In this document: positions 17,701 through 27,290 of the stretch, piece after piece | Position numbering within the stretch: the stretch's first letter is position 1 | Layout of the letters: each line of letters starts with the position of its first letter | DNA from: a bacterium | GTDB taxonomy: Bacteria > Electryoneota > Electryoneia > Electryoneales > Electryoneaceae | Assembly (NCBI GenBank): GCA_043801585.1 | Contig: JAZDLX010000114.1 | Coordinates: 1 to 33,945 of the forward strand | DNA length: 33,945 bases | Reading direction: 5' to 3' | Translations under genes and position numbers: made by a program | The notes under the pieces: generated by a model | What the model saw: the letters and a program-made list of their open reading frames with translations, nothing else | Told to the model about the DNA's origin: nothing | The model's database searches: none

Positions 17701-20700
17701 TAGATAAAGGAAAACGTTCCCGTAGTCAGGTTTTCAGTCTCATACAGAACCCTGCTTGACAATGCGGTCCCTGAGGAAGTTGAAGCGGTTCCCGTTAGTT
17801 CGCCGGTGGTGCGTAGCGTGAGATCGCGCATGACAAAGCTGCCAGCGGGCACCGCAAAACCGTGCTGGTAGCTGGTTGCGCTCCCATCCGAATTCGTTCC
17901 AAGCAGCACAAGAGAACCGGATGGAGCCAGCAATCCGTAGCGACCATACGCATCAGTAACTGTCGAATGTATCTCTCCGCTGCGCGCCCTCAGTTCGACT
18001 TCCGCCCCAGAAAGCGGTTCACCGTTTTTATCCGTGAATACTCCAAACACGCCGTTTGTAAGCGGAGTCAGACGTATTGAATTCAACGATGAACCCGGAG
18101 CGACTCCCGTTATGACTCGTGCCTGAAAACCGGGAGGTGAGACGGAGATTGTGTACACACTATCCGGATCAAGGCCGGTAAATGTTAGAAAGCCCAACCC
18201 GTCACTCACGAGAGAAGTGTCCCGGATATCGTTCCCTGAAATACTGACGACGATGCCTCTCTGAGGGATGTTTGTGTCTTCTGGTTTGAGGTATATGAGG
18301 TACGTGATCTGGTCAACAGCTGAGACAAGTGTGATGTTCAACGTATCACGAACTTGGCCGTCTTCGAAGAAAACGGTGTCCCGAACCGCTCGGTATCCCT
18401 GTTTAGAGAAGACAAGCGTGTGAGTACCTTTGCCAAGATTGCGCAGTGAATAGAGACTATTTTTATAGACAGGTGAGCTGTTATCGAGAGTGATCGAGGC
18501 ACTATTTATAGCTGCCCCCCCCTCATCAAGAATCGTTCCGGAGATCACCCCCTCTTTGATCGTGACGGTGAGATCCGCCGAAGTGATATTCGTGTCTGTC
18601 GCACTTACGCTGCGGGTTTCTGAGATTCTTGTCGCCACACCGGTATTTACCGTCAGCGAATAGTCCGTGAATCCGGGCAGGGCTGAAAACGTGAAGGTTC
18701 CCAATGAATCGGTTGTAGCTTGTTGTGTGGAGGACGAAGCAATGAGAACAACGGTAGCGCCGATCAAGGGGTTTCCGGCATCGTCATGAACCTTGCCGCC
18801 GATATTGACCGTGGTCACCAGCGGTGTGAAATCGATTGCCGTTCTGGCCTCGCCAACAGCGAGAGATGAAATCGTGCGGCTTGCCGGTGAGTATTGCGTA
18901 CCGGGCTTGGCAGGGGCGACCACCCACGTTCCACTGTTGATGTTTTCGAATCGATACGCCCCGGCCACATCGCTGTAGGCGACACGGGTACCGCCGTTTG
19001 ATCGCGCCGCAGTTAACGTTACGCCCGATTCGCCTGTCGTTCCTCGAATCGAGGCCGTTCGCTGGATCAGGGTCAGTGCAACTCCCGTTACATTCGACGT
19101 GCCGGTAGTAACCGTGACATCCGCTTCTTCCGTTGTCCCCGCTCCCAGCGCTGTCGTGATCCGGCAGTTGCTGTTTGTCGCGACCCCAGTGATCGTCCAG
19201 ACTCCAGCCGCACTCGAAGTCGTTGTCAGCACGCTGCCGTCAGAGAGACTCGTCACACGAACCGGGACGTTCCCCAACGCAGTGGGAGTCTGGTTTGCGG
19301 TTGTTCCGCTGATGGTCAGGGCGTTGCGGGGCATGGTGACGTTGTAGGTGTTCCCGGCGTGGGCGGCAGCAACCGTATTTATCTGGTATCCCGAAAGGGT
19401 GAACGTCAAATCGTAAGCGTCAGGAAGATTCAGTCCGTTGATTGTGTACACCCCTCCTGGAGACGAGATGCTCTCAACGCTGTACCCCGTTCCGGAAACT
19501 GCTCTCACTTGAACCCCGGTCAATCCGGCGCCTGCCTGATCCTTGATGGTTCCAGTGAGCGAACCCGTGTTGGCAGTCGCCGTCAGATTCACCGTCAGTG
19601 TTGCGTTGGGTGCAACCGTCTGCCCGGTAAGCGGGGTCGCCGTATAACCGGACTTCAGCGCTTCCACACGGTAAGTGCCTGCGGAAATCGTGGGAATCGT
19701 ATACGTACCGTTGGATCCGCTGAGTGTCGAATAGGTTGCACCCGTGGAAAGCGTAGCGCGAACGGTGGCGTTAGAAACCGGGCTGCCGGAAGATGTAACG
19801 CTGCCTGTGATTGAACTCGTTTGCGCGACGAGCCGCAACGCCGAGCCTGAGATGACCTGTCCGTCCACAACCAGCCCAACGGTCAGCGTGTCGGGTGTAA
19901 ATCCAGTCTTGCGCCCGTATAACGTATAGCGTCCGCCGGTCACTTTTAAGAACTGAAAGAATCCCCCGGCGTCCGATGTGGTCTGCCGTACCGTGCCGTC
20001 GGACCGTTTCAATTCCACTGTCGCGCCCGAGAGCACTGCATTCGAAGCGTTCTTCACAGATCCTGAGACGGTGGCATAGTTGGCTGTCAAGCTGTAATTG
20101 ACGTTTGAGAGGTTTTGGCCGCCGCTGACAGTTACCGAGCTTGTTGCAGTCAGGTGCGTGGCCGCTGAAATGTCCATCGTCCAAGTTCCCGGCAACACAC
20201 TCAACGAATAGGTTCCGGAGGGTCCGGTGGTCGTTGAAACCGCCGAAGCGCCTGAACTGGCGACAACGGTTGCGTTCTCAAGGGGTGAGCCATCGCTGGA
20301 TGAAACTTTTCCAGAAATGGACGCTCCGAGCAGCGACATCGTGAGGGAAACCTGTTGCTGTCCCCCGGCTGTCAGCACGCCTGTTGTCGCCGACGCACTG
20401 CTGAAACTGGTTTTCGTGGCGATCACCGTGTACGCTTTGCCGCTCTCCACGGAAATGGAAAACGCACCCGTCACACTGGATGATGTTGTGATGCCTCCCG
20501 TGGTGGTTCCGGACGGCCGGATGGTAACTGTGACACCGTAGAGAGGTCCGGCGGAACTGGAGATAAGACCGCTGACGGTGCCGGTATTCGGCTGCAGTGC
20601 AAAATTTCGCCCGGTGGTCACCGATCCGGGTTGCATAGTCAACGTCAGGCTGGTCGGATTCAACACTGAAAATCCGGATTTTCTCGCTGTGATTGTGCAG

Positions 20701-23246
20701 GTTCCGGGGATCAGTCCCAGCGTATAGGAACCGCCGGATCCTGTCGTCACCTGGACGGAGGTTCCCCCCGTCGAGGGAGTCGCGGTGACCGTGGCACCGA
20801 TGATCCCCGTGCCTCCATAGGCGACAACGCCACTGACCGTTGCCACATTGGGCGCCAGGGTAGCGACGACACCAGTCTGCGCCTCCCCCCAGTTCACTGT
20901 CCAGGGTCCACTGGATTCCGTGGAGTACCCCGTCCGTGAAATCGTCAGAGTGTGCGTTCCGGCGGGAACGCTGAGTGTGAAAGCGCCCGAATTGTTCGAC
21001 GTTGTCGCCGCCCCACCGCCTGTCACGGTAGCCTGGGAAACAGGAGAACCGCTGGGCGTTCGGACAGTCCCGGAGATCGAGGAGGGGTTGGGTGCAAGGT
21101 TCAGGGTCACGCCGTTGGAGGTCTCACCTGGACCAAGGGTCAAGGTCACGGGTTGAGCTGTATACCCGCTGAGCACCCCTTTCAACACCCAGGTTCCCGG
21201 AGGCAAGCCGAGGTTGAAACTCCCGTTATCGGCCGTCGTTGTGGTGACGATTTCACCAGCCGAGGGCACCGCCTGAACGGTAACTCCGCCACGGTTCATC
21301 ACCGTTCCACCTTCCGCGATAAACCCGGAAATAATCGCCGCCTGCGGATTCAAGGTGATGTTCTTCGTTACGTTTGCACCGTTCACGACCACACTGATCG
21401 GTCCACTCGGCAGGTAGTACCCCGCCTTGATCGCAGACAGCGTCCAGGTTCCGTTGCCAACGGTGAAACTGTATCTCCCACTCTCTCCCGTGAACGTGGA
21501 TGCCTGTTCGATGCCTTTTTGAATAACCACCTGGCCAAGGGGAATCGGCTGACTGTTTGTGTTCAGGACAGTCCCGTTGACCGTAAACGTGTAGGGAATA
21601 AGCAGCAGGGGTCCGCCGTTGTTGTTCAGATCGAGTGTCTGGCCGCTGGTGACCGTAACCGTGCGTGTGGAACTCGGTTGGTAGGAAGGTGCGGAAGCCT
21701 TGAATGTCCAGGTTCCCACGTTGAGCCCGACGGTGAATTCGCCGGAAGTGTTCGTGGTTGCCGTCAGTTGCACGCCAAGCGCACTGGTCGCCCGAACGGT
21801 TGCATTGCCTATTGGTGAACCGCTGTTCGATGTCACCTTGCCGACGACGGTGCTTGGACGCGGCTGCATCGTGATGGCGATGGAACGCACGACATCCTTG
21901 ACGACGCTGACAGTGGCCGAGGTAGCATCCAGGTAGCCCTGTTTGTGGGCGTGGAGGATGTAGCTGCCGACCGGAGCCAAGAAATGGTAAGAACCGTTAT
22001 CATCCGTGGCAATCGATTGAATATTCGGACCCTGAACTGCCTCGAAATCAACCTGGGCAAGGTCAATCGGGTTGTCAGTCGCATCTTTTGTGGTTATCCG
22101 AAGTTCACCGGACTCGATCACATAGGTGAACGACGAGCTGTCGGAGATCGTTCCGGAACCGAGGCCATCCGACGCAATCACTTTCCAGTTGTATTGCCCA
22201 CCCTGCAGCAGGGAGGCCGCTGGAAGGATCACCGCGTTGTCCGTTGTCTGTGCGCGCCAGACCGGGAAGAGGATTTCGGTTCCATTGGAGTACAATTGGA
22301 ACCTGGACAGGTAAACGAAGTAGCTGCTTGCCTGCGACACGATACTCCACTGGAACCGTATTTCAGGATCGAAGAGTGCTGCGCCACGCTGTGGAGACTG
22401 CAGGACAGGCAACGTGAACGGAGGAGTCGTCTGGACCTCAAATCCGCTCACCTGTCCGACAACGGAGGAGGTATACTCGACAGAATTACCATAGCAATTG
22501 AGCACGGTCCAGTTGTACCGGGGACGGGTGCCTGAACTGTTGGATCCGACCAGTGGGGGAACCATTTCGTTCGCAATGGTGCCCGAAGGATCGGGGACGC
22601 CATACTGGATGGACGTGTTTGGCGTGATCGCCTGCCAGACAACATTGGCGCCCTCGACCCGGGTTCCCTGATCGTCCTTGATGATGGTAAACGGCTGATC
22701 CGCGACGAACACCAGGTAATAGGGAACGCCAGTCACTCCCTGCCAGGTGATTGTCGGAGATGTCGTACTGATGCCTGATCCACCTGCGGGGGTGATCGGG
22801 CTCTGCGGAACCGCGGCGGACGCTGCAGCGCGCAACACCCGGAAGAAGGTGGAGATGTCCGTGCCGCTGCTACTCGATCGGATGAAACAGGTCAGCGGCC
22901 CCACCGGTAATCGAGAGGCGAGCACACGGATCCGCCCCGGCTGCGACAGCAATGGATTGGACAACGAATTGTATGCGTTGAGGTTCGATCCCGGTGAACC
23001 CGGCGCGTAGTTGAAGATACCCGTGACCGCAGGAGTCCAGGTAATCTCCAGGGTGTCCGCGGATTCCGTGATGTTCAGGGGCACAGAATTCAGAACAAGA
23101 GCGGCGCTGGTGTTTTCCGTGGACGTCAGCGTGCGGAGGTTGATCAGGGGTGGCCCGGCGTTCGCGGATGCCACAATGCCTCCCGCCGCGATTACAAGAG
23201 CCGCTGCGATCCCGATCAACCGTCCTGCAGATCGTCTAAAATTCAT
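14748..23246 (-). CDS. Giant (~2830 aa) surface protein with ~22 carboxypeptidase-regulatory-like/Cna-B-type beta-sandwich repeats and a T9SS-like (FlgD-Ig) C-terminal sorting domain
   Basis: Signal peptide MNFRRSAGRLIGIAAALVIAAGGIVASANA; repeats ISGxV...GxP...ATV....G.Y....PG.W...A.K.GY; C-terminus PNPFSPEGD...IEIYNMVGQHVRTL...IWNGL..G....G.YVV...VVLIK. Confidence 0.88.
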   Translation of the reverse strand: MNFRRSAGRLIGIAAALVIAAGGIVASANAGPPLINLRTLTSTENTSAALVLNSVPLNITESADTLEITWTPAVTGIFNYAPGSPGSNLNAYNSLSNPLLSQPGRIRVLASRLPVGPLTCFIRSSSSGTDISTFFRVLRAAASAAVPQSPITPAGGSGISTTSPTITWQGVTGVPYYLVFVADQPFTIIKDDQGTRVEGANVVWQAITPNTSIQYGVPDPSGTIANEMVPPLVGSNSSGTRPRYNWTVLNCYGNSVEYTSSVVGQVSGFEVQTTPPFTLPVLQSPQRGAALFDPEIRFQWSIVSQASSYFVYLSRFQLYSNGTEILFPVWRAQTTDNAVILPAASLLQGGQYNWKVIASDGLGSGTISDSSSFTYVIESGELRITTKDATDNPIDLAQVDFEAVQGPNIQSIATDDNGSYHFLAPVGSYILHAHKQGYLDATSATVSVVKDVVRSIAITMQPRPSTVVGKVTSNSGSPIGNATVRATSALGVQLTATTNTSGEFTVGLNVGTWTFKASAPSYQPSSTRTVTVTSGQTLDLNNNGGPLLLIPYTFTVNGTVLNTNSQPIPLGQVVIQKGIEQASTFTGESGRYSFTVGNGTWTLSAIKAGYYLPSGPISVVVNGANVTKNITLNPQAAIISGFIAEGGTVMNRGGVTVQAVPSAGEIVTTTTADNGSFNLGLPPGTWVLKGVLSGYTAQPVTLTLGPGETSNGVTLNLAPNPSSISGTVRTPSGSPVSQATVTGGGAATTSNNSGAFTLSVPAGTHTLTISRTGYSTESSGPWTVNWGEAQTGVVATLAPNVATVSGVVAYGGTGIIGATVTATPSTGGTSVQVTTGSGGSYTLGLIPGTCTITARKSGFSVLNPTSLTLTMQPGSVTTGRNFALQPNTGTVSGLISSSAGPLYGVTVTIRPSGTTTGGITTSSSVTGAFSISVESGKAYTVIATKTSFSSASATTGVLTAGGQQQVSLTMSLLGASISGKVSSSDGSPLENATVVASSGASAVSTTTGPSGTYSLSVLPGTWTMDISAATHLTATSSVTVSGGQNLSNVNYSLTANYATVSGSVKNASNAVLSGATVELKRSDGTVRQTTSDAGGFFQFLKVTGGRYTLYGRKTGFTPDTLTVGLVVDGQVISGSALRLVAQTSSITGSVTSSGSPVSNATVRATLSTGATYSTLSGSNGTYTIPTISAGTYRVEALKSGYTATPLTGQTVAPNATLTVNLTATANTGSLTGTIKDQAGAGLTGVQVRAVSGTGYSVESISSPGGVYTINGLNLPDAYDLTFTLSGYQINTVAAAHAGNTYNVTMPRNALTISGTTANQTPTALGNVPVRVTSLSDGSVLTTTSSAAGVWTITGVATNSNCRITTALGAGTTEEADVTVTTGTSNVTGVALTLIQRTASIRGTTGESGVTLTAARSNGGTRVAYSDVAGAYRFENINSGTWVVAPAKPGTQYSPASRTISSLAVGEARTAIDFTPLVTTVNIGGKVHDDAGNPLIGATVVLIASSSTQQATTDSLGTFTFSALPGFTDYSLTVNTGVATRISETRSVSATDTNITSADLTVTIKEGVISGTILDEGGAAINSASITLDNSSPVYKNSLYSLRNLGKGTHTLVFSKQGYRAVRDTVFFEDGQVRDTLNITLVSAVDQITYLIYLKPEDTNIPQRGIVVSISGNDIRDTSLVSDGLGFLTFTGLDPDSVYTISVSPPGFQARVITGVAPGSSLNSIRLTPLTNGVFGVFTDKNGEPLSGAEVELRARSGEIHSTVTDAYGRYGLLAPSGSLVLLGTNSDGSATSYQHGFAVPAGSFVMRDLTLRTTGELTGTASTSSGTALSSRVLYETENLTTGTFSFIYGTSDGTYRLRGLRPGILTVHASADGYVIPDSQEVELPAGEILNLDWTFTAESTSITGRVTNVEGGGLPNAVVTAVGSQTLSTVTGGSGDFGFTNIASGSWAVSADKYGYQTASVSIDLTSGEVAAANLTLDAVADLATGTIFGFDGNDPAPDIIIRWKNDAGNTLETDTTDSAGHFSFTLTSDGGFTVQPSSATSPSNRTFLHTSGEGHPDLDFVLVPGQGSGTIQGSLVHRTTPVQGATIVMSALDGTHAYTTSTDSMGGFAQSVSAPYTYRISATHDSLGTVESAGFLLSDGETATVNLVYASGQIGVTIVDESGNPVAGNVVSVASTDGLFSVVLVTDVDGVAITDPYLSDGDYLIEVTPVTGLLPVAPLSRSIVNGDSIGVVIPLGLPYTPPSVGNVGDSITVQIQVPDSYTIVSALLYYTAVGEGFSRTVPMVEVTSTSSGSSSVSAPTLFRHVDRSVRKSITIPSHSVRGGTSIAANVTYQGMIPPQSGSGTITFYPELTTDSGLVIGGPGGASTLTVSSIGRLSRVVLSPSVEEVQPGVPLLLTVSAFDELDSLLTESVIDSGSVTWSSSMFEVDTSGLRADSAIYLSTGEGLDTVRVLVTQETGSSTLTASSMLPLNNVMRTLGTLQVSAPSIEIAAGDSIVFTVVATDTGGTLMQVAPEWTVDSLYQSNFAPTPFTQNAVFQSDSGKFGTVRISATDPLTSILGIFNDQNGAASEGLTLYVPVTSAPGDSFVAEGIDGTRLTGWFSAEAIAGNQGSLRLRTPKLVQLQRFQQGIEALQEVGHRILLQGSLNEERVAYELTLLLPAGAPQRNPSLARWDIDNLKWIELDGSTVSSDGESITAPIVPTPSQGVEGLYAVIAGAKPLAIDNLIFTPNPFSPEGDYPLSVEFELQSLFPNVWLTIEIYNMVGQHVRTLIDRVSVEKGVYSRLGGVGSIIWNGLTEDGRQARNGRYVVRVIAEDPEGRKEELKPVVLIK

Positions 23247-24750
23247 AGCTGATGCCCATCCGCAAAACGTCCTCCGGCAACCCCGCAATCATGATCTCAT
23301 AGCGCAGGTTTCTGCTGACATGAAAGGAAAATCCAAGATCGAGACGTGGAATGATCACCATGTTCCCACCGGGGATCGGGTTCCCGCTTCCGTCCACGTA
23401 ACCGTCGACATAATCCTTGCCGAGCATCGCGCCGACACCGAAGAAAAAAGGACCGGGTGCGATACCGAAATATCCACCGTATTGAAGCACAATCCCACGT
23501 CCGTAGAGGTGGGTTGAGTAGCTGGAATCCTGAACGCTTTTCTCCTGCACCACAACGTCGTAGCCGAATTTTCCATTGAGGTAGTAGATTCCGGACAGGC
23601 TTGGGCGCAAACCACCGCCCGCCGCGATGGTGACGGTTGCGGCATCGGGGACGTGCAGTGTCAACCGGTCGCTGAGCAGGTAGGTGTTCGGGTAGGTGCG
23701 GGTGATCTCCGTGACGTCTGAAATCCGGTTCACATCGAAGGGGTCCTCATCCGCGCCGGCACTCAATTTCAGCGCGGGGAATTCGTCCACGACCATTGTC
23801 ATGCTTCCATGCAATTCAGGTGGCTGCTGGCGAACAATCTCCGCACCCAACCGCCAGGATTTTTCGGATTGTCCGGCGATGGTGAAACCTGCGCGCACCG
23901 TCCACCAGGAGCCGGAATATCCACCGACTGCAAGCGAATGGAGTGCATTGTACCAGGGATCGGCGTCGTTGTTGAACGCCCATTGCTGTCCCCCGCGCGT
24001 CATGATGCCATCGATGTTGTATCCGGCATTGAGATCGATCGCAACCAGGGTTCGGGTCGCGCTTGCACCGAGGGTCAACCAGCGGAAGACATCACGCGAG
24101 AACGCCACGACGAGCCGGTCGGCGTCGATTTCGAGGAGATCGTTGATCCGAGTCTGGATCGCGAAGGCGACCGCGTCGGCAGGATTGGACTCCACCGTGT
24201 CGATGCGCTGGCGAAATCCCGCGTGGAGCAGGTCCATCTTCAGGTGAATCGGACGATCGTATCCAAACCCGATCCGCCACCCGCCGAAGGGCACCGCGAC
24301 AGCGAATGCGTTGAGGCTGCTCGCGGACCGCGCAACTGTTCCATCAAACACTGGATAGGAGAAATCATCCGTGCTCTGAAATCCCTCGATGTAGCCGTCT
24401 ACAGCGTCATTAATGCCCTGTTGAATGTCGAAAGGAATACTCGAAAAACGGATACCTACTTCCGGGTGAAGGGTGATACCGATGATCACATCGTGTCGAA
24501 CAAAACGCAGTCCAGCGGGATTTCGGAATACAGCGTAGGGATCCGCCTGAACCGGAGCTGCCGCACCCACGGCGACGCTGGTGACACCCGGACCCCCGGC
24601 AAGCATGCTGTTCAATTCGAAATTCAGATTCATCCTGCCACCGTCGAAATAGGTCAGGATAGGATCTGTCGATTGTTGTGCTCTCGCTCCCTGCTGCGTG
24701 GACAATAACCCCAGAGCAAGCAACGCAAACCACCTCGTCCAAACCCTCAT
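23236..24750 (-). CDS. Outer-membrane beta-barrel protein, FadL/OmpP1/PorV-like
   Basis: Signal peptide; DPYAVFRNPAGL plug-like motif; amphipathic beta-strands; C-terminal GISYEF; overlaps the start of the giant gene. Confidence 0.7.
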   Translation of the reverse strand: MRVWTRWFALLALGLLSTQQGARAQQSTDPILTYFDGGRMNLNFELNSMLAGGPGVTSVAVGAAAPVQADPYAVFRNPAGLRFVRHDVIIGITLHPEVGIRFSSIPFDIQQGINDAVDGYIEGFQSTDDFSYPVFDGTVARSASSLNAFAVAVPFGGWRIGFGYDRPIHLKMDLLHAGFRQRIDTVESNPADAVAFAIQTRINDLLEIDADRLVVAFSRDVFRWLTLGASATRTLVAIDLNAGYNIDGIMTRGGQQWAFNNDADPWYNALHSLAVGGYSGSWWTVRAGFTIAGQSEKSWRLGAEIVRQQPPELHGSMTMVVDEFPALKLSAGADEDPFDVNRISDVTEITRTYPNTYLLSDRLTLHVPDAATVTIAAGGGLRPSLSGIYYLNGKFGYDVVVQEKSVQDSSYSTHLYGRGIVLQYGGYFGIAPGPFFFGVGAMLGKDYVDGYVDGSGNPIPGGNMVIIPRLDLGFSFHVSRNLRYEIMIAGLPEDVLRMGISYEF

Positions 24751-24980
24751 AGACACGCAGCCTCTCCCGCTACCCATTCGCAGTCAATCTGGTGAACCAT
24801 AGATACCGATGAATAAAAATAAGCCCAGCCTGTGAATCTAACAATAAACTACTATCAATTTTATCAAAACACTCAGTTCGACGCATCCAATCCAACGTTT
24901 AAGCCGCTAAAGCCCAAAAACGAGAAACAGCTTGGGCAATGATTCCTCCAGGCTGATTGTCATCGTAAGCATGGCAACCG

Positions 24981-25388
24981 TCAACTAACACCTTGTTCTT
25001 TCAAGAAGGGGCCATAATTCTTATCGGTTTCAAGGATGTGATGGGTGAGCCAATCCTTCAAAAATTGCAACAACGGAACGGAGAGTACAGCCTGCCCATT
25101 TCTAAATTTGGTCTGAAATTCGATCACCTTATCCTTGAGCTTAGTGTGTTCATTTTTATGATTTAAGAAGTCTTCATAGGCATAGTTGGACATCACTTCC
25201 TCTTCTGCACAAAAGTGTGTTTTCGTGTAATTCACCAGGCTGTCGAGGATTGATCCCAGTATTTCAGACCCTTTTCCTTTCATCATTGCATCATGCAAGT
25301 CATTCAGCAGTTTGATGAGTTGCTGATGTTGCAGATCGAAAGTCTTAATCCCGACACTGTACCTGTCGGACCACTGAAGGAGGGCCAT
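24981..25388 (-). CDS. Bacteriohemerythrin (single-domain)
   Basis: W...YSVG...D.QH..L; HF..EE; H..EH; WL..HI...D di-iron ligands; AAGGAG RBS. Confidence 0.95.
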   Translation of the reverse strand: MALLQWSDRYSVGIKTFDLQHQQLIKLLNDLHDAMMKGKGSEILGSILDSLVNYTKTHFCAEEEVMSNYAYEDFLNHKNEHTKLKDKVIEFQTKFRNGQAVLSVPLLQFLKDWLTHHILETDKNYGPFLKEQGVS

Positions 25389-25638
25389 CTTGCGTCTCCT
25401 TATCCGTGCTCATCTATCATCGGTGTCAGATTCCCTTGTGTTTGAAGGTGCACAATGTACCATAAGGATACTTCATTTCTTTTGGATTCAGTGTTAATCT
25501 CTGCTAACGAATTGATTTACACAATTTATACCTACTATGGCCAGTGGGAATTTTGCATTATCCTCTCATCCCCCCCAGTACCGCGCCTGAGACAATCGGG
25601 TATACAAGAGGAAACGGAAGCGCACCTGGAGAGCCGGT

Positions 25639-26127
25639 ATGTCCGATGCCATGCCATCGAATAAGCAGCGGATGAACACCCTGCTTGAACGTGTCGATGA
25701 GGTGATCTACGGAATCATCGCGTTTTTTCTCGTCATCACAGCCTTCCTGACGTTCTATTCCGTCTCCCAGTCGATTCTGGACTATTTCAAGGACAACGAT
25801 TCCAGACACGCTGTCATCATCATTCTGGACAAGCTGATGCTGACGTTGATGGTTCTCGAAATCCTCTACACGGTGCGGATCTCCATTCGTTCGCACAGCC
25901 TCTCCGCGGAACCCATTCTCGTTGTCGGCATTCTCGCCGCCATCCGGCGCATCCTCGTCATCAGTGTGGAATCGGGGTACCTGATCACCGTCGGTCAGGA
26001 CGGATTCATCGGATTGATGGCTGAGATCGCCGTTCTTGGTCTGCTGGTTCTGATGTTCGTGGTGGCGATTATCCTGCTGCGAAGAAACAAACTGCCCCAG
26101 AATACGAAAACAACGGATCTGGAGTAG
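25639..26127 (+). CDS. Phosphate-starvation-inducible PsiE family membrane protein
   Basis: LD.LML.LMVLEILYTV......L..EPILVVGILAAIRRILV; 4 TM segments. Confidence 0.85.
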   Translation: MSDAMPSNKQRMNTLLERVDEVIYGIIAFFLVITAFLTFYSVSQSILDYFKDNDSRHAVIIILDKLMLTLMVLEILYTVRISIRSHSLSAEPILVVGILAAIRRILVISVESGYLITVGQDGFIGLMAEIAVLGLLVLMFVVAIILLRRNKLPQNTKTTDLE

Positions 26128-26207
26128 TCGGAGGGAGTTTTGTGCTCCCCTCGGTGCTCGACCATTAATGAGTTCTCCATACCATCTTTCACAAGGAGGG
26201 TTGTCCT

Positions 26208-27290
26208 GTGAACAGTCTGGAGATGATTCCGTCACCGGAATCCATCCCGGCTCCCTTCTGGCTGTTTGAAATCCTGAACGGCCTGCTGTTCCTCATTCAC
26301 ATCCTGTTGGTGAACGTCGTTCTAGGGGGGAGCCTGATCCTGCTGGTGACACGCCTTCGTACCGGCGGAACCGAGCTGGGCCGAACGTTATCCGGCGCCG
26401 TGTGCAACAAGCTCCCCGCAACTCTCGCAATGGCGATCACCATCGGCATCGCGCCACTCCTTTTCGTGCAGGTGATCTACGGTCACCTTTTCTACAGCAG
26501 TTCCGTGCTGATGGGCTGGTGGTGGCTGGCGGTGATTCCGGCGCTCATTTTGGCCTACTACGGGATTTATGTGCACAACAGGATGGGGACGTCCAAACCG
26601 CAACTGGGGACGTTCGCAATCGCCGTGTCAGCAATCATTTTCCTCTATATCTCCTTCACCTATTCAAACAACCTGACGCTCACCGAACGGCCTGAGGTCT
26701 GGGGTGCGTATCTCGGATCACGCGGCGGCACTTTGCTCAACATCGGCGACCCGACCCTGTTTCCGCGCTGGCTTCATTTTGTAACAGCGTCGGTGGCCAT
26801 CGGCGGACTGTTTATGGCGTACGTCTGGCGGCGGCGGGAACGTCACGGTGACGCACGGGCATCACAGCGAGTGAAAAAAGGATTGCGCGTGTTTGCCTAT
26901 GCGACCATCGTGCAGGTCGTGTTTGGATTCTGGTGGCTGATCGCGCTGCCGCAACCGATCATGCTGGAATACATGGGCGGCTCGATCATCCGGACGATTC
27001 TGCTGATGCTCGGTATTCTCCTCGTGTTTGGAGCGCTCGCGGTTTCATTGACGGGACGGTTCCTCCCCACCCTGTTCCACCTGCTGGGGATTCTGGCGGT
27101 GATGGTGACGATGCGCGCATTGCTCAGGTATTCCTATTTGCGTGACGTATTCCATCCCAGCACACTGGAATTGAAACCGCAGTACGGAGTGCTCGCCCTT
27201 TTCCTGGTGATCCTCGTTGCCGGTCTTTATGCGGTCTGGGTGATGATCAAGGGAGTGATGGCGGCGGAAGCGAGGAGGGCGCAATCATGA
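26208..27290 (+). CDS. Cytochrome bd subunit I-like (CydA'-type) membrane subunit
   Basis: FLIHILLVNVVLGG, AITIGIAPLLFVQVIYG, PRWLHF; about 9 TM segments; AAGGAGG RBS; ATGA overlap with the next gene. Confidence 0.7.
   Translation: MNSLEMIPSPESIPAPFWLFEILNGLLFLIHILLVNVVLGGSLILLVTRLRTGGTELGRTLSGAVCNKLPATLAMAITIGIAPLLFVQVIYGHLFYSSSVLMGWWWLAVIPALILAYYGIYVHNRMGTSKPQLGTFAIAVSAIIFLYISFTYSNNLTLTERPEVWGAYLGSRGGTLLNIGDPTLFPRWLHFVTASVAIGGLFMAYVWRRRERHGDARASQRVKKGLRVFAYATIVQVVFGFWWLIALPQPIMLEYMGGSIIRTILLMLGILLVFGALAVSLTGRFLPTLFHLLGILAVMVTMRALLRYSYLRDVFHPSTLELKPQYGVLALFLVILVAGLYAVWVMIKGVMAAEARRAQS

Noticed and set aside
25511..25525. FNR or Rex box upstream of hemerythrin/psiE
   Set aside because: Half-site spacing does not fit TTGAT-N4-ATCAA or TTGTGAA-N4-TTCACAA.
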